Assembly (NCBI RefSeq): GCF_001194135.2
Contig: NC_068983.1
Coordinates: 138,880,076 to 138,914,636, forward strand
Origin: Octopus bimaculoides
Lineage: Eukaryota
Length of the DNA: 34,561 nt
Direction of reading: 5' to 3'
The notes beneath the pieces are model-generated. The model was given only the letters and a program-made list of their open reading frames with translations, did not search any database and was not told the origin of the DNA. Below, piece by piece: positions 1 to 10,667 of the stretch (position 1 is its first letter; each line of letters starts with the position of its first letter). Made by a program: the position numbers and the translations under genes.

Positions 1-193
1 AGGTCAGAGGAGTACACAAGAAGAAGGTCACCCATCTGCCACAACAACAACACCTACCAGCATCACAATCGCCAACAACAACGCTAACACAGCAACAGTC
101 ACCTCTGCCATCAACACCAGCACCATGTATTTGTATATCTCCCTACATTTATACTCAAAAACAATAAAGAATTGTTTTTTTTTTCATTTGCAG

Positions 194-391
194 TTTGTCT
201 GCGGTAAAACTGATATACGGTATCAAGAGCAGCTCTACCTTTGGCAAAACACGCACCGAAACTATCAATTTCAAGAAAATGTTTACTGTTCGTAGAAAAT
301 ATTTTAAAACATTTTTGCTGTCATTGATTTCTGTTGTCTTGATTCTTCTCTTATATTCTTTATACTTCTCTTTTAGTAGATGCCCTGTTCT
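194..391 (+). CDS. Candidate internal coding exon encoding a basic tail plus hydrophobic segment (type II signal-anchor-like); possible upstream exon ends at 126
   Basis: Acceptor (T)n-catttgcag ends at 193 and donor GTATGT is at 392-397. The exon is 198 nt, phase 2-2 and open: LSAVKLIYG...MFTVRRKYFKTFLLSLISVVLILLLYSLYFSFSRCPV. Frame 2 of 2-126 is also open and joins in frame across a 67-nt GT..AG intron (127-193). No family motif recognised; the T-rich stretch could instead be a polypyrimidine tract. Confidence 0.3.
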
Positions 392-518
392 GTATGTAAC
401 CTCATGCACACAAATACATACACATAGTTACGTAAGGAAGCACATACAAACACAGAAAGCGTCACACATACATGCGCGGTGACACACACATGGGCAGTGA
501 CATACACACATGCCCCAC

Positions 519-519
<1 letters not shown>

Positions 520-570
<51 letters not shown>
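520..570. repeat. (CA)n microsatellite within a degenerate CA/TG-rich block (about 407-800)
   Basis: Pure AC run 520-570, directly visible. Confidence 0.97.
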
Positions 571-572
<2 letters not shown>

Positions 573-961
573 CGTGGCGACCCACATACATCCATGAACA
601 CACATATACACATACACATATATATATAGTTTCACATTCCTAAATATTGCATTTAAATGTAGTAATGCATGTGTTTTTTTGTGTGTATGAGTAAGGGTGT
701 GTGTGTATATGTATGTGTGCGTGCGTAAGCGTGTGTGTATGTGTGTATGTATGTGTGTTGTGCGTGCAGGCACCCGCACTTGTATGGACGATAGTGTCTG
801 TATGTGGATAAAGACATTGTTATTCTAATTTGCAATTTCTTCCTTCGCGATGATAAAACTGAGAGGCATCGTGACTGTTGTTTAAATCTGTCAGCGATAC
901 GTCCAAGATGAATTAGAGTCTTATATTTATTGACAATTAGCTCTCTACTGCATAGTCGTTA

Positions 962-962
962 C

Positions 963-994
<32 letters not shown>

Positions 995-996
995 CC

Positions 997-1081
<85 letters not shown>

Positions 1082-1211
1082 CCATCGTCATCATCATCGN
1101 NNNNNNNNNNNNNNNNNNNNNNNNNNNNNNNCCATCATCATCATCATCATCATCATCACCATCATCATCATCACCATCATCATCATCACCATCATCATCG
1201 TCATCATCACC

Positions 1212-1243
<32 letters not shown>

Positions 1244-1253
1244 CATCATCACC

Positions 1254-1338
<85 letters not shown>

Positions 1339-1358
1339 CCATCGTCATCATCATCGTC
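962..1358. repeat. (CAT)n trinucleotide array with CAC/CGT variants, interrupted by an N-gap
   Basis: Directly visible; it produces the spurious poly-His/Ile/Met ORFs. Confidence 0.97.
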
Positions 1359-1639
1359 AATGCAATCTTAAACATCATCGTCGTCTTAAGTATTGTGATG
1401 TACCAACACGCACATTGATACTCGTAGGATTATAATGTTACATGCAAAGAAAACTTCAATAAAAGACAATGTCGAATAAGGAAATGAAGATGAAAAATAA
1501 ATACACATTCTTCAACTTAAAAAAATATTGGTTAAAACATTATGTTAGAATATTACTATTTTTAAATCTCAGAACGTGAGATAGTCAGCAACAGTACTTT
1601 GCAGTAAAGATTGTTTGCCAACATAACATGGCAGTCTTG

Positions 1640-1760
1640 GTTTAGGACGAATGTTGCTGTAATTGAGCCCCAGGAGACATCGTCTCCAGCTGGCTATACG
1701 ACACGGTTTGTGTCCTTATATTTTCGAACAAGGGAATCTAGCATTCCCACTCAGCTCAAA
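1640..1760 (+). mobile_element. Possible ancient SINE central-domain remnant (Nin/Deu-domain-like)
   Basis: Motif ttgctgtaattgagccccaggagacatcgtctccagctggctatacgacac with a perfect GGAGAC-atc-GTCTCC hairpin (1673-1687). It resembles my recollection of the Nin/Deu SINE core; no alignment was run. Confidence 0.3.
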
Positions 1761-1849
1761 ACAAGATTTTTTAAAACATACATAATTGAGGTTTTAAACC
1801 ACTATAAATAATGCATTTAAATGGAATAAGATGAGGTTTCAAACCCTCT

Positions 1850-3530
1850 TACTATTTAATCCTAACGAGGCTTTTCACCTCCTACTCATCAATATATCCA
1901 TCATTATCTTCATTGTCGCTTATGGTCCCCTGCCTCGCCATTTCCCATACCTCATTCATGTGCAAAGCATATGTCATGTTAGGGCCACCCGGCCATATGC
2001 GACATTCCTCTTTTAATCTTTTCAGCTTTTCCCATCGAAAAACCTTATGACCTCCACAGCGATCTGTGGTGGCAATTCGGAATCCCGTGTGTAGGCTATA
2101 TATACTGTCTCTTTGTGTTCCTTCACTATTTTCCACCTCCCGCCCTTGTAGACGAAGATTAGTAATTCTTCATCTTTAAGGGTAGGGGTCGTTTCCTCCA
2201 CCTTCGGTGACACCAACGAAGGCTCTTCCCCTATCAGTGGCACAACTCCTTCGGGACATGCAGACGGTACATCATCGTCCCCCTGCAATGACCCGTTCTT
2301 CTTTCTTTTTTTTCCTTTTCTCGTGAATTCGAGAGAGTGGAGCTCTTCCGCTTTGTCCGGAGTCTCTCCCCCACATCCTGAAGCTTTAGGGTTCTTCGTC
2401 GGGCAACCATTGTTGCCCGCTTTCTTCCGTTTTAATCCTTGTTGGGTTGAGGAGGCTGAATACCCTTGCATTTAAGAGTCTGGGCCCGCTATCCCCCAGG
2501 CCCTGTCGGATGGAATCTTCAATCTAACCCACCTCGGTGCTTTGGGATAACCCATATTACCAGGCTCTTATTAATTTCTTCAGTACGACGGGAGGAACAG
2601 ACTTTCGTTGCCCTCTAAGGCCTGGCTCGCAAAATTGCGAGCCTCCTCCGGGGTGTCAGTCAGCAACTACACCGTTGCATGCTTGACACCTGCGGGATAT
2701 GTATTTCACAGAGGACAAATAATCTTTCAGTTCTTTTTCTATAGTTAGCTTTGGGAAGACGGTGATGGTATCAAGAAATTTAGAGTAAGTTCTAACCACT
2801 ACCGTCCTCTCCTCCATATCTTTTAATCATTGCTTGGGTGTGATAATTTCGCCAAAACAGTCCGCCAAAAATTTAGACGGAATAAAAATAGAAGAAAACC
2901 AAGATAAAAGAGAAGGAAAAAAGCTGAAATTAAAATAATGAGAAAAAGAAGGAACTGAAATTTAGAAAGAAAGACAAAATGGTAGAAGGGAAAAAAAGAA
3001 AACAATGCACACAAATAGAACAGACAGGGAATCCTTGGCTCTGTATAATATTCCAGCCAGGTAAATCCAATAGTTGATTGTACTCCAGTTAGGTAAACAC
3101 CACAGGGTATAACTTTTTTCTGGAGAAATACGCCCACCAGAATGTACAAGTTATTTGGCGAAAAAATGCCACACAGAATTTTACTCAAAAAAAGCTTTCA
3201 AATAAATTCTCAGTCCACCGTTATGGCGACTATAACACGCCGACCAATTACGACGAACGAGAAACACAATATTTTTGCTCGCCATAGCGAACAACAATTT
3301 AAAGTCACCAAGAGCAGATGAAATTGCCCCAGAGCTAGGCAGAAATTTACTGAAAAAAGAAAGCACACAATAAATTCCCACCCAGCTCGAAAGACAAAAA
3401 AAACAAGACAAAAAAAAAACACTCACCTTGACGACTTTCTTTTTGTTATTTTTTTTCTATTCACGGAACCAAAGCTCACGTCTTCTCTCTCTGGAAGCAA
3501 CAGACCAACTAACGATGCATGCTCCGAAGT
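1850..3530 (-). mobile_element. Decayed non-LTR retrotransposon 5' region: long 5'UTR plus ORF1-like remnant (L1/Tx1-like), with no ORF2
   Basis: ATG at 2817 opens MEERTVVVRTYSKFLDT...KYISRR, then after a frameshift ...PEEARNFASQALEGNESLFLPSY, continuing into the K/E/P-rich ORF 2471-2022 and the acidic-ended ORF 2136-1882. GC is higher than the flanks. The 5'UTR contains agaagacgtg and a pyrimidine-rich tract. Family call is from recall of similar ORF1 proteins. Confidence 0.5.
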
Positions 3531-3567
3531 TAGCAAGCTACTTACCACACAGCGAAACCTGCGCCTA
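3531..3567 (-). mobile_element. 5' head fragment (A-box part) of the tRNA-derived SINE family seen at 17386
   Basis: Minus strand taggcgcaggtttcgctgtgtggtaagtagcttgctaac aligns with taggcgcaggtgtggctgtgtgtaagcagcttgcttat at 17384-17420. Confidence 0.7.
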
Positions 3568-4051
3568 TAAATTATTTTAATTTATTACCCTCATATTTGC
3601 GNNNNNNNNNNNNNNNNNNNNNNNNNNNNNNNNNNNNNNNNNNNNNNNNNNNNNNNNNNNNNTATATATATATATATATATATATGTTTGTGTGTGTCTG
3701 TCTGTGTATAAGTGTATATGTATGTCTTTGTGTATGTGTGTTTGTATGCCTGTGTCTGTAATAAATTACAAATCAATAATAGCTATAGTAATGTAAACAA
3801 ATCGCTCACACTTACACGATATTTGTCTTTTGTTAATTCACCGAATTTGCTGTGGGATACTGCTTAAGGAGACTCCCTAATAGCGCTGGGTGTTAAAGCA
3901 CTTGAAAGTCATAGACGGAGCAAGACAACTTGCCTCTGGTCGAATCCAAGGGAGGTAGATGTCGATATTTTGCCATTACTGTGTCTTCTCAATACCACAT
4001 TAGAAGTGTTTGGAGTTTTAGGTGGAACATTTGCTATAATTTTACCTGAAC

Positions 4052-4068
4052 TCTCTCTCTCGGTCTGC

Positions 4069-4109
<41 letters not shown>

Positions 4110-4119
4110 NNNNNNNNNN

Positions 4120-4156
<37 letters not shown>

Positions 4157-4178
4157 TTCTCTCCCTCTCTCTCTCTCT
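4052..4178. repeat. (CT)n microsatellite with an N-gap
   Basis: Directly visible. Confidence 0.97.
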
Positions 4179-5013
4179 TTGCATACATACACGCACTGAT
4201 GTATGCCTATAGTTAAGTATATAAATATATACATATGTGCACATACATACATGCGTGCATACATATATATATNNNNNNNNNNNNNNNNNNNNNNNNNNNN
4301 NNNNNNNNNNNNNNNNNNNNNNNNNNNNNNNNNNNNNNNNNNNNNNNNNNNNNNNNNNNNNNNNNNNNNNNNGACTGAATGCACAGACGAACGGAGAACA
4401 AACGCAGAATGTCACCAGTTTATCATCAGTTACCGGCCATAGTGTAGAGCGCAATTTGGTCCCCTTATTGATAATATTGCTTACACTCGGGAGTCACCCA
4501 GCAAGAGAACTTGCGAGCAAAACATAACAAAAGAAGATGAACGAAGATGAACGAGGGAGAAAAAGCATAAACAAACTAAAAAGAAACCGAAGTAAACAGA
4601 ATAGGGCCTTAGGGCCAAGCAAAGAGAAGAATGATAATAATATTCACGTAACGCAGTGCACTCCTTATTTTCACCAACATATATATATATATTTACATGA
4701 GCGTAGGTGTGTGAATGTATGTGAGTGTAATTTTGTCTCCTTTAACGAGTGAATAAAAGTCTTCTAAGTATTCAATTTGGAATAAATGAAATAAACTTTA
4801 ATTCATTATTAGTTGATCACTTTGGAGTACTTAAAATTGAAGCTGTTCCGATAAGGTCAGATAAATTAAATTAACAACTCTAAGCTGCTCGCAATTAATT
4901 GGCTACTATAACAACGCTTCTCCTACGCATGCAAAACAGCTCTTCGTAATAGACACGCTAGAGAATCAACCACTCAGCTCGCAGCATCTTTTCCTGAACA
5001 ATGAGCCCTAACC

Positions 5014-5151
5014 TAGAAATATTGAAATACAATTTAGAAATATTGAAATACAATTTAGAAATATTGAAATACAATTTAGAAATATTGAAATACAATTTAG
5101 AAATATTGAAATACAATTTAGAAATATTGAAATACAATTTAGAAATATTGA
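5014..5151. repeat. 21-bp tandem minisatellite (TAGAAATATTGAAATACAATT)n running into a 965-N gap
   Basis: About 6.5 identical units with no spacers; true length unknown because of the gap. Confidence 0.95.
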
Positions 5152-6116
5152 NNNNNNNNNNNNNNNNNNNNNNNNNNNNNNNNNNNNNNNNNNNNNNNNN
5201 NNNNNNNNNNNNNNNNNNNNNNNNNNNNNNNNNNNNNNNNNNNNNNNNNNNNNNNNNNNNNNNNNNNNNNNNNNNNNNNNNNNNNNNNNNNNNNNNNNNN
5301 NNNNNNNNNNNNNNNNNNNNNNNNNNNNNNNNNNNNNNNNNNNNNNNNNNNNNNNNNNNNNNNNNNNNNNNNNNNNNNNNNNNNNNNNNNNNNNNNNNNN
5401 NNNNNNNNNNNNNNNNNNNNNNNNNNNNNNNNNNNNNNNNNNNNNNNNNNNNNNNNNNNNNNNNNNNNNNNNNNNNNNNNNNNNNNNNNNNNNNNNNNNN
5501 NNNNNNNNNNNNNNNNNNNNNNNNNNNNNNNNNNNNNNNNNNNNNNNNNNNNNNNNNNNNNNNNNNNNNNNNNNNNNNNNNNNNNNNNNNNNNNNNNNNN
5601 NNNNNNNNNNNNNNNNNNNNNNNNNNNNNNNNNNNNNNNNNNNNNNNNNNNNNNNNNNNNNNNNNNNNNNNNNNNNNNNNNNNNNNNNNNNNNNNNNNNN
5701 NNNNNNNNNNNNNNNNNNNNNNNNNNNNNNNNNNNNNNNNNNNNNNNNNNNNNNNNNNNNNNNNNNNNNNNNNNNNNNNNNNNNNNNNNNNNNNNNNNNN
5801 NNNNNNNNNNNNNNNNNNNNNNNNNNNNNNNNNNNNNNNNNNNNNNNNNNNNNNNNNNNNNNNNNNNNNNNNNNNNNNNNNNNNNNNNNNNNNNNNNNNN
5901 NNNNNNNNNNNNNNNNNNNNNNNNNNNNNNNNNNNNNNNNNNNNNNNNNNNNNNNNNNNNNNNNNNNNNNNNNNNNNNNNNNNNNNNNNNNNNNNNNNNN
6001 NNNNNNNNNNNNNNNNNNNNNNNNNNNNNNNNNNNNNNNNNNNNNNNNNNNNNNNNNNNNNNNNNNNNNNNNNNNNNNNNNNNNNNNNNNNNNNNNNNNN
6101 NNNNNNNNNNNNNNNN

Positions 6117-6267
6117 ATATGGGAGAATATACAAAAAATAACAACAGACGAGGACAGGTGGTGTAAATAACAAAAGTATATATTAGTATGACGCTCGGGA
6201 ATACGGAAAGTCTTTTATCCGGATTTCAGGGTTATTTCCCTTCGTCGGCGTTCGACAGCCGATGACC
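6117..6267 (-). mobile_element. Penelope-like (pLTR-type) remnant carrying a minimal hammerhead-like motif
   Basis: Minus 6248-6216 reads CCGACGA-AGGG-aaataa-CCCT-GAAA-TCCGGA-TA: 4-bp stem II and palindromic stem III ATCCGGAT. Minimal hammerheads with palindromic stem III are an established feature of Penelope-like elements. Confidence 0.5.
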
Positions 6268-6309
6268 ATATATATATATATGTGTGTGTGTGTGTATTTG
6301 TGCGTGGGT

Positions 6310-6516
6310 GTTTTTTGTGATTGTCGCACCGCCATCGGTTGACAACCGATACTGGTGTGTTCACGTCCCCGTAATTTAGCAGTTATGCAAAAGAGACAGA
6401 TAGAATAAGTACTAGGCTTACAAAGAATAAATACTGAGATCGATTTCTTCGATTTCTTCGATTAACACTGTTTAAGGCAGTGCTCCAGCATGGCCGCAGT
6501 CAAATGACTGAAACAA
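6310..6516 (+). mobile_element. 3' half of a tRNA-derived SINE (same family as 17386-17761)
   Basis: cacgtccccgtaatttagcag...agaataagtactaggcttacaaagaataa...gcagtcaaatgactgaaacaa aligns with 17610-17755. Confidence 0.85.
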
Positions 6517-6564
6517 CTGACCATAAGTATCGATACATACGCATATACATACATACATACATAT

Positions 6565-6597
<33 letters not shown>

Positions 6598-8043
6598 NNN
6601 NNNNNNNGTTACAGGGACATAAACACACCATCACTGGTTGTCAAGCAGCGCTGACACATGCAACTGTGCATCCTTAAGTGAATGTGTTTAATTGAGTGTG
6701 TAGAAGTTTAGTTTGTAGATAACTGTAAATGAATATGGATGCTGCCTTTCACCATTATGTGCACTGTAGTGGAAGCTTTTTTCCGGAAAAAATAGATAAT
6801 GGAATACAAGACTGCCCACTTGCCAATGGCCAAAATATTAAACACAAGGTTTTTCTAAAGGAGTAAGCTTAAGAAATGTATTAAGTTATTTTCAGGGATG
6901 ATATATTTTGGAACCCGTTATAATTTAAAAGGAAAACATATCGTTATGCATAATTTTATAGAACAAATTCTAACCCAAGCTTATGATCACAAAATATAAA
7001 TAATGTGTAATGAATATTCAATGTACATTTAAGAGACAATAACGAAGTATGATAGTGTCATAAAGCAGACAACACCGTCATAAACAATAGTTTGTTTACA
7101 CTTTAGCGCGTAATTCCACACAATTAAAACTAGTAGACGCTACCAGTGTCAGACGACAAAGAATCTGTCATAGTAAACATATGATATTAGCAGTAAAAAT
7201 GGCGAAAAGCTTGATAACGTCAGCGTTCTATTTGAAACAGTATGAGACTAGACAATGCGGTAGAAATAATAACATTAAAGTGTATCAAAATTGGGTAACT
7301 GATAAGAATTAAGTCTGCTATACGTATGAAATGTTAGCAACAACTTTGTTGTTGTGATGTGGCACAACAACTTCTATATCGCACATTTGTGCCGATGTTT
7401 TAAATTGAAATGCTGATAAAACATAATCAGCTGAATTCTGTTGTTGTTGGAGTTCATTAGTAGTTAACTTTTGTGAGGATATTCGAAAGAGGTTCTGTTT
7501 GGAAATGCGTAGTTGGTGAAATTTTGTAAGATCTTTGTGAGCGTGTCTAATGAGATACATATAAAGAATATGACTATTTTCCCTGACGATATCCTTGTGA
7601 ATGAGAGAAATGATACAGATTGCTTCTCCGTTACTTTTCATCATAAGAACACGATTTTCAAAGGCTTCCAAGGCTCAAGACTCAAAATAATATAGATATG
7701 AAAAGCATCAGTTCTTTGGTTATATATTTATAGCATTTCCTTCGTGCTAGAGAGACAACCTCCTATTTGCAAGTAGAATATTGTCTAGAAAACGATTCCA
7801 TACTTGAAAATGAAATAACGGAACAAGCTGAACTTCATACACAAATATACAGAAGTGCCTTCCACATATATTCAGCCAATGATATCACGTCATGGTTGTG
7901 GTGATTTGATGTTAAACATGAAGTGTCTTTAGTTGTCTGTGCAATACACGCACCAAAAGCAGTATGCAGAACATTCTAGAAATTTCTACTATCTGTTATA
8001 AATAGGACATATTCAAATGTTTTTTTAATGATTGTCCTAATGT

Positions 8044-8085
8044 ATATATATAGCTGAACATATATATATGTTCGGCTATATATAT
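8044..8085. repeat. 42-bp near-perfect DNA palindrome
   Basis: atatatatagctgaacatata|tatatgttcggctatatatat; centre between 8064 and 8065, with one T/G mismatch (8055/8074). Confidence 0.9.
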
Positions 8086-8372
8086 TATAATGTTCCGTCT
8101 ACTTCAGACATGTAACATGACAACTTTCTTGTAATTTCAATTAACAATCACCTATTTCTCTCTTTCATGCATATTTAGTTAGCATAAATGAGATACTGGA
8201 AAAGCAACATATATATACGTATCTATGAATTTATTAGCTAAATTTCAGAAATGCAGCATGTACTTCGAGTTTTTTGTTTTGTAATAAATTCTAATTTCAA
8301 GCTGAACATGTTCTTCTGTGGTCCATCAACTCCTACATGTAAGCCATCATTGGAATGTGAATAATATATATA

Positions 8373-9291
8373 TTAGGTCATCAAGTATGAAATTTGTAAA
8401 TAAGAAAGAGTTTGCTAATGTTTTATAAATACAAGGAATAGTTTTTTCATCAAAATATGTACCCATATTGTCAATACACATTTGTCATTTCGACGGTAGC
8501 TTGTCCAGTTCAGAACTGTAAAATCCTGGCAATCCAGACTCAATAAAATCTTGGAAGACCTGTTTTACAGGATTGTCAGAATTAATTTTTTTCCTATCAA
8601 AAACTTATCCAAATTCTTGAAGAAGTGGTAGTCAGCGGGGACAAGATCAGGTGAGTACCGTGGATGATTGAGAACTTCCAACTCCAATTCCTGTAGTTTC
8701 GCCAATGTCATTTTGCGATGTGTGGTCTGGCGTTGTCTTCCAATAAAATAGAGTGGATCCGTTGACTAATCTAGGCTGTCTTTTTTTTTGTACGTTTCTG
8801 CATCATTTAGTCCAGTTGGCTGCAGTATACTTTGGCCGTGATTGATGAGCCAGGTTTAATGAAATCATAATGGTTCGCACCTGCGCCAGACCACCAGACA
8901 CACCATTATCTTCTTCTTTTGATGAATTTTACTTTTTGGACTTTGTTTCGGGGATTCGTCTTTGTCCAACCATTGTGCTCAACGTTTACGGTCGTTGTAT
9001 TGGATCCATTTCTCATCACATGTTACAATTCGATTCCAAATGATTCAGTTTTGTGACGAGAAAGTAGCATAATGCAGGATTTCAAACGTTGCTGTTTTCC
9101 GATTTTCATTGAGTTCATGTGGAGCCCACTTACCCAACTTTTTCACTTTACCGATTTGAACTAGGTGAGTCAATACAGTTTGCTTGCTAACACCAAACAA
9201 CAACAATAATTCACGGGCACTTTGAGATGGATCTGACTCGACAGTGGCCTTCAGTTCGTCATTATCCACATTTGTATCCACCTTTGATTCT

Positions 9292-9332
<41 letters not shown>

Positions 9333-9498
9333 ATCTATAAGTACTTTATAAAACACAAAATGTGTAACAATAAATAAATAGATGTGACATCTTTCTAACA
9401 AAAAACTAAAGATTGCCAAAATATAATAATGGCGCAAAATGATCATCTGTTAAAGTTTATCATATACCTTACTACAAATTTAATACTTGACGACCAAA
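8373..9498 (-). mobile_element. Mariner (Hsmar1/SETMAR-like DD34D) transposon with both TIRs, internally deleted and pseudogenised
   Basis: About 28-bp TIRs (ttaggtcatcaagtatgaaatttgta versus tacaaatttaatacttgacgaccaaa, 3 mismatches) flanked by TA at 8371-72 and 9499-500. Translated motifs: VDNDELKA, GKVKKLGKWAPHEL, RIVTCDEKWI, EDNARPH, HPRYSPDLVPADYHFF, with stops and frameshifts. The N-terminal HTH region is replaced by an A36 run (9295-9330). Confidence 0.95.
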
Positions 9499-9844
9499 TA
9501 TGTTGATTCCAATACAGAGTGTAATATCATATCTTGTTGACTTGAAAAAACACACACCTCTCATTATAAGGAATAAGCCTTAATTTCAAACATAGCTCGA
9601 ATCGACAAAATCATTATAATCAGCACATTTTAATATCTTTTTCACTTCTAATATTTGATGACTGTTTCATATCTTATTCATCTCTTCACGTTATAATTGG
9701 TTATTCCAACGTGATAGTGCCTTAGGTCTCATATGTTACAGGTATTTAGAGGTGATAGGACAAGTCGACAAACAACTGAAAGATGTTGGTTTCGATTCGT
9801 ATGAATGTACTGCTTCGCACATGCACACATACATGCGCATACAC

Positions 9845-9957
9845 ACACACACAAACATGCGCACACACAAACATGCGCACACACAAACATGCGCACACAC
9901 AAACATGCACACACACAAACATGCACACACACAAACATGCGCACACACAAACATGCG
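9845..9957. repeat. 16-bp minisatellite (ACAAACATGCGCACAC)n, about 7 copies
   Basis: Units start at 9851, 9867, 9883, 9899, 9915, 9931 and 9947; units 4-5 carry a G>A variant. Confidence 0.95.
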
Positions 9958-10445
9958 AGCACATGTTTCAAATAGATGCGTTATGATTTGCTTTTAAAAA
10001 TTCATGCATGGCAAATTATTACATAAATTGTTCGAAGATATTTTAAGCTTTCCGTTTCCATGTACTTAAGTGTAGATTATTTTTAGCTCATTTTCATTCC
10101 CTTCCATTCGCTGTTTTCTCTTCTAAATAATTCCAGTTACGGTATATTAAATCCCATATAATAAAGTTTCATGTGAGAATTCTTTACAACAGATATAGAA
10201 ATGAGTAGATCCGAAGTAACTAGATGTCTTGGAATGATGCCCTCAGGTATATATACATATATTTCCTCTGCATGTATTCGTTGGGGATTTATTCCATTTC
10301 TTTATTTTAAATAGAATTCTGTCAGAGCCCAAACTGATTTTCAGTTAATTGTACAGTAAACACAATAAAAAATACTTTGATTGTCCAGATTTAAATTACA
10401 ACATGTATGATAATACTGTTCTATATTTTAGAGATGAAGAATTCT

Positions 10446-10667
10446 GTACATTATTTACATTACTTACATTGGACGGATATGCTTCCTCATTTTGTTTGTT
10501 GCTATCACAATGTTTCGGTTGATTTACTCTCCAGCCTTCGTCAGGTATCCTGGTAGAAAACCATAGGAATGAGAACCCAGGAAAGTAAATCAGCCCAAAC
10601 GTTGTGGAAACAACAAACAAGATGAGGAAACATATGCGTCCAATGTAAGTAACGTATGATAATGTAC
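10446..10667. mobile_element. Foldback element (about 85-bp inverted arms, 51-nt spacer), Penelope-like pLTR-derived, containing a hammerhead-like motif
   Basis: Arms 10456-10530 and 10582-10656 differ at 11 of 75 positions by hand alignment and extend to 10446/10667 with one indel. Minus 10544-10508 reads CTGACGA-AGGCTG-gagagtaaat-CAACC-GAAAC-ATTGTG. Confidence 0.7.

Noticed and set aside
373-835. Cys-Val and His-Thr repeat ORFs (also at 9729-9997, 11494-11798, 15346-15656 and 21024-21430)
   Set aside because: They are translations of di-, tri- and tetranucleotide or 16-bp repeats.
930-1418. 162-aa poly-His/poly-Ile ORF and the antisense poly-Met ORF
   Set aside because: Translation of a (CAT)n microsatellite across an N-gap; there is no coding context.
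5014-5151. 21-bp repeats as a CRISPR array
   Set aside because: The units are head-to-tail with no unique spacers, the context is eukaryotic, and no cas genes are present.
5001-6173. 344-389-aa ORFs, and similar ORFs at 17725-18190, 24246-24964 and 30239-30662
   Set aside because: They are open only because N-runs contain no stop codons.
7318-7671. 117-aa minus-strand ORF and protein-like fragments across 6700-8000
   Set aside because: No recognisable motif or convincing splice sites. A rough estimate at this base composition gives about one ORF of this length per window by chance. A BLASTX would settle it.
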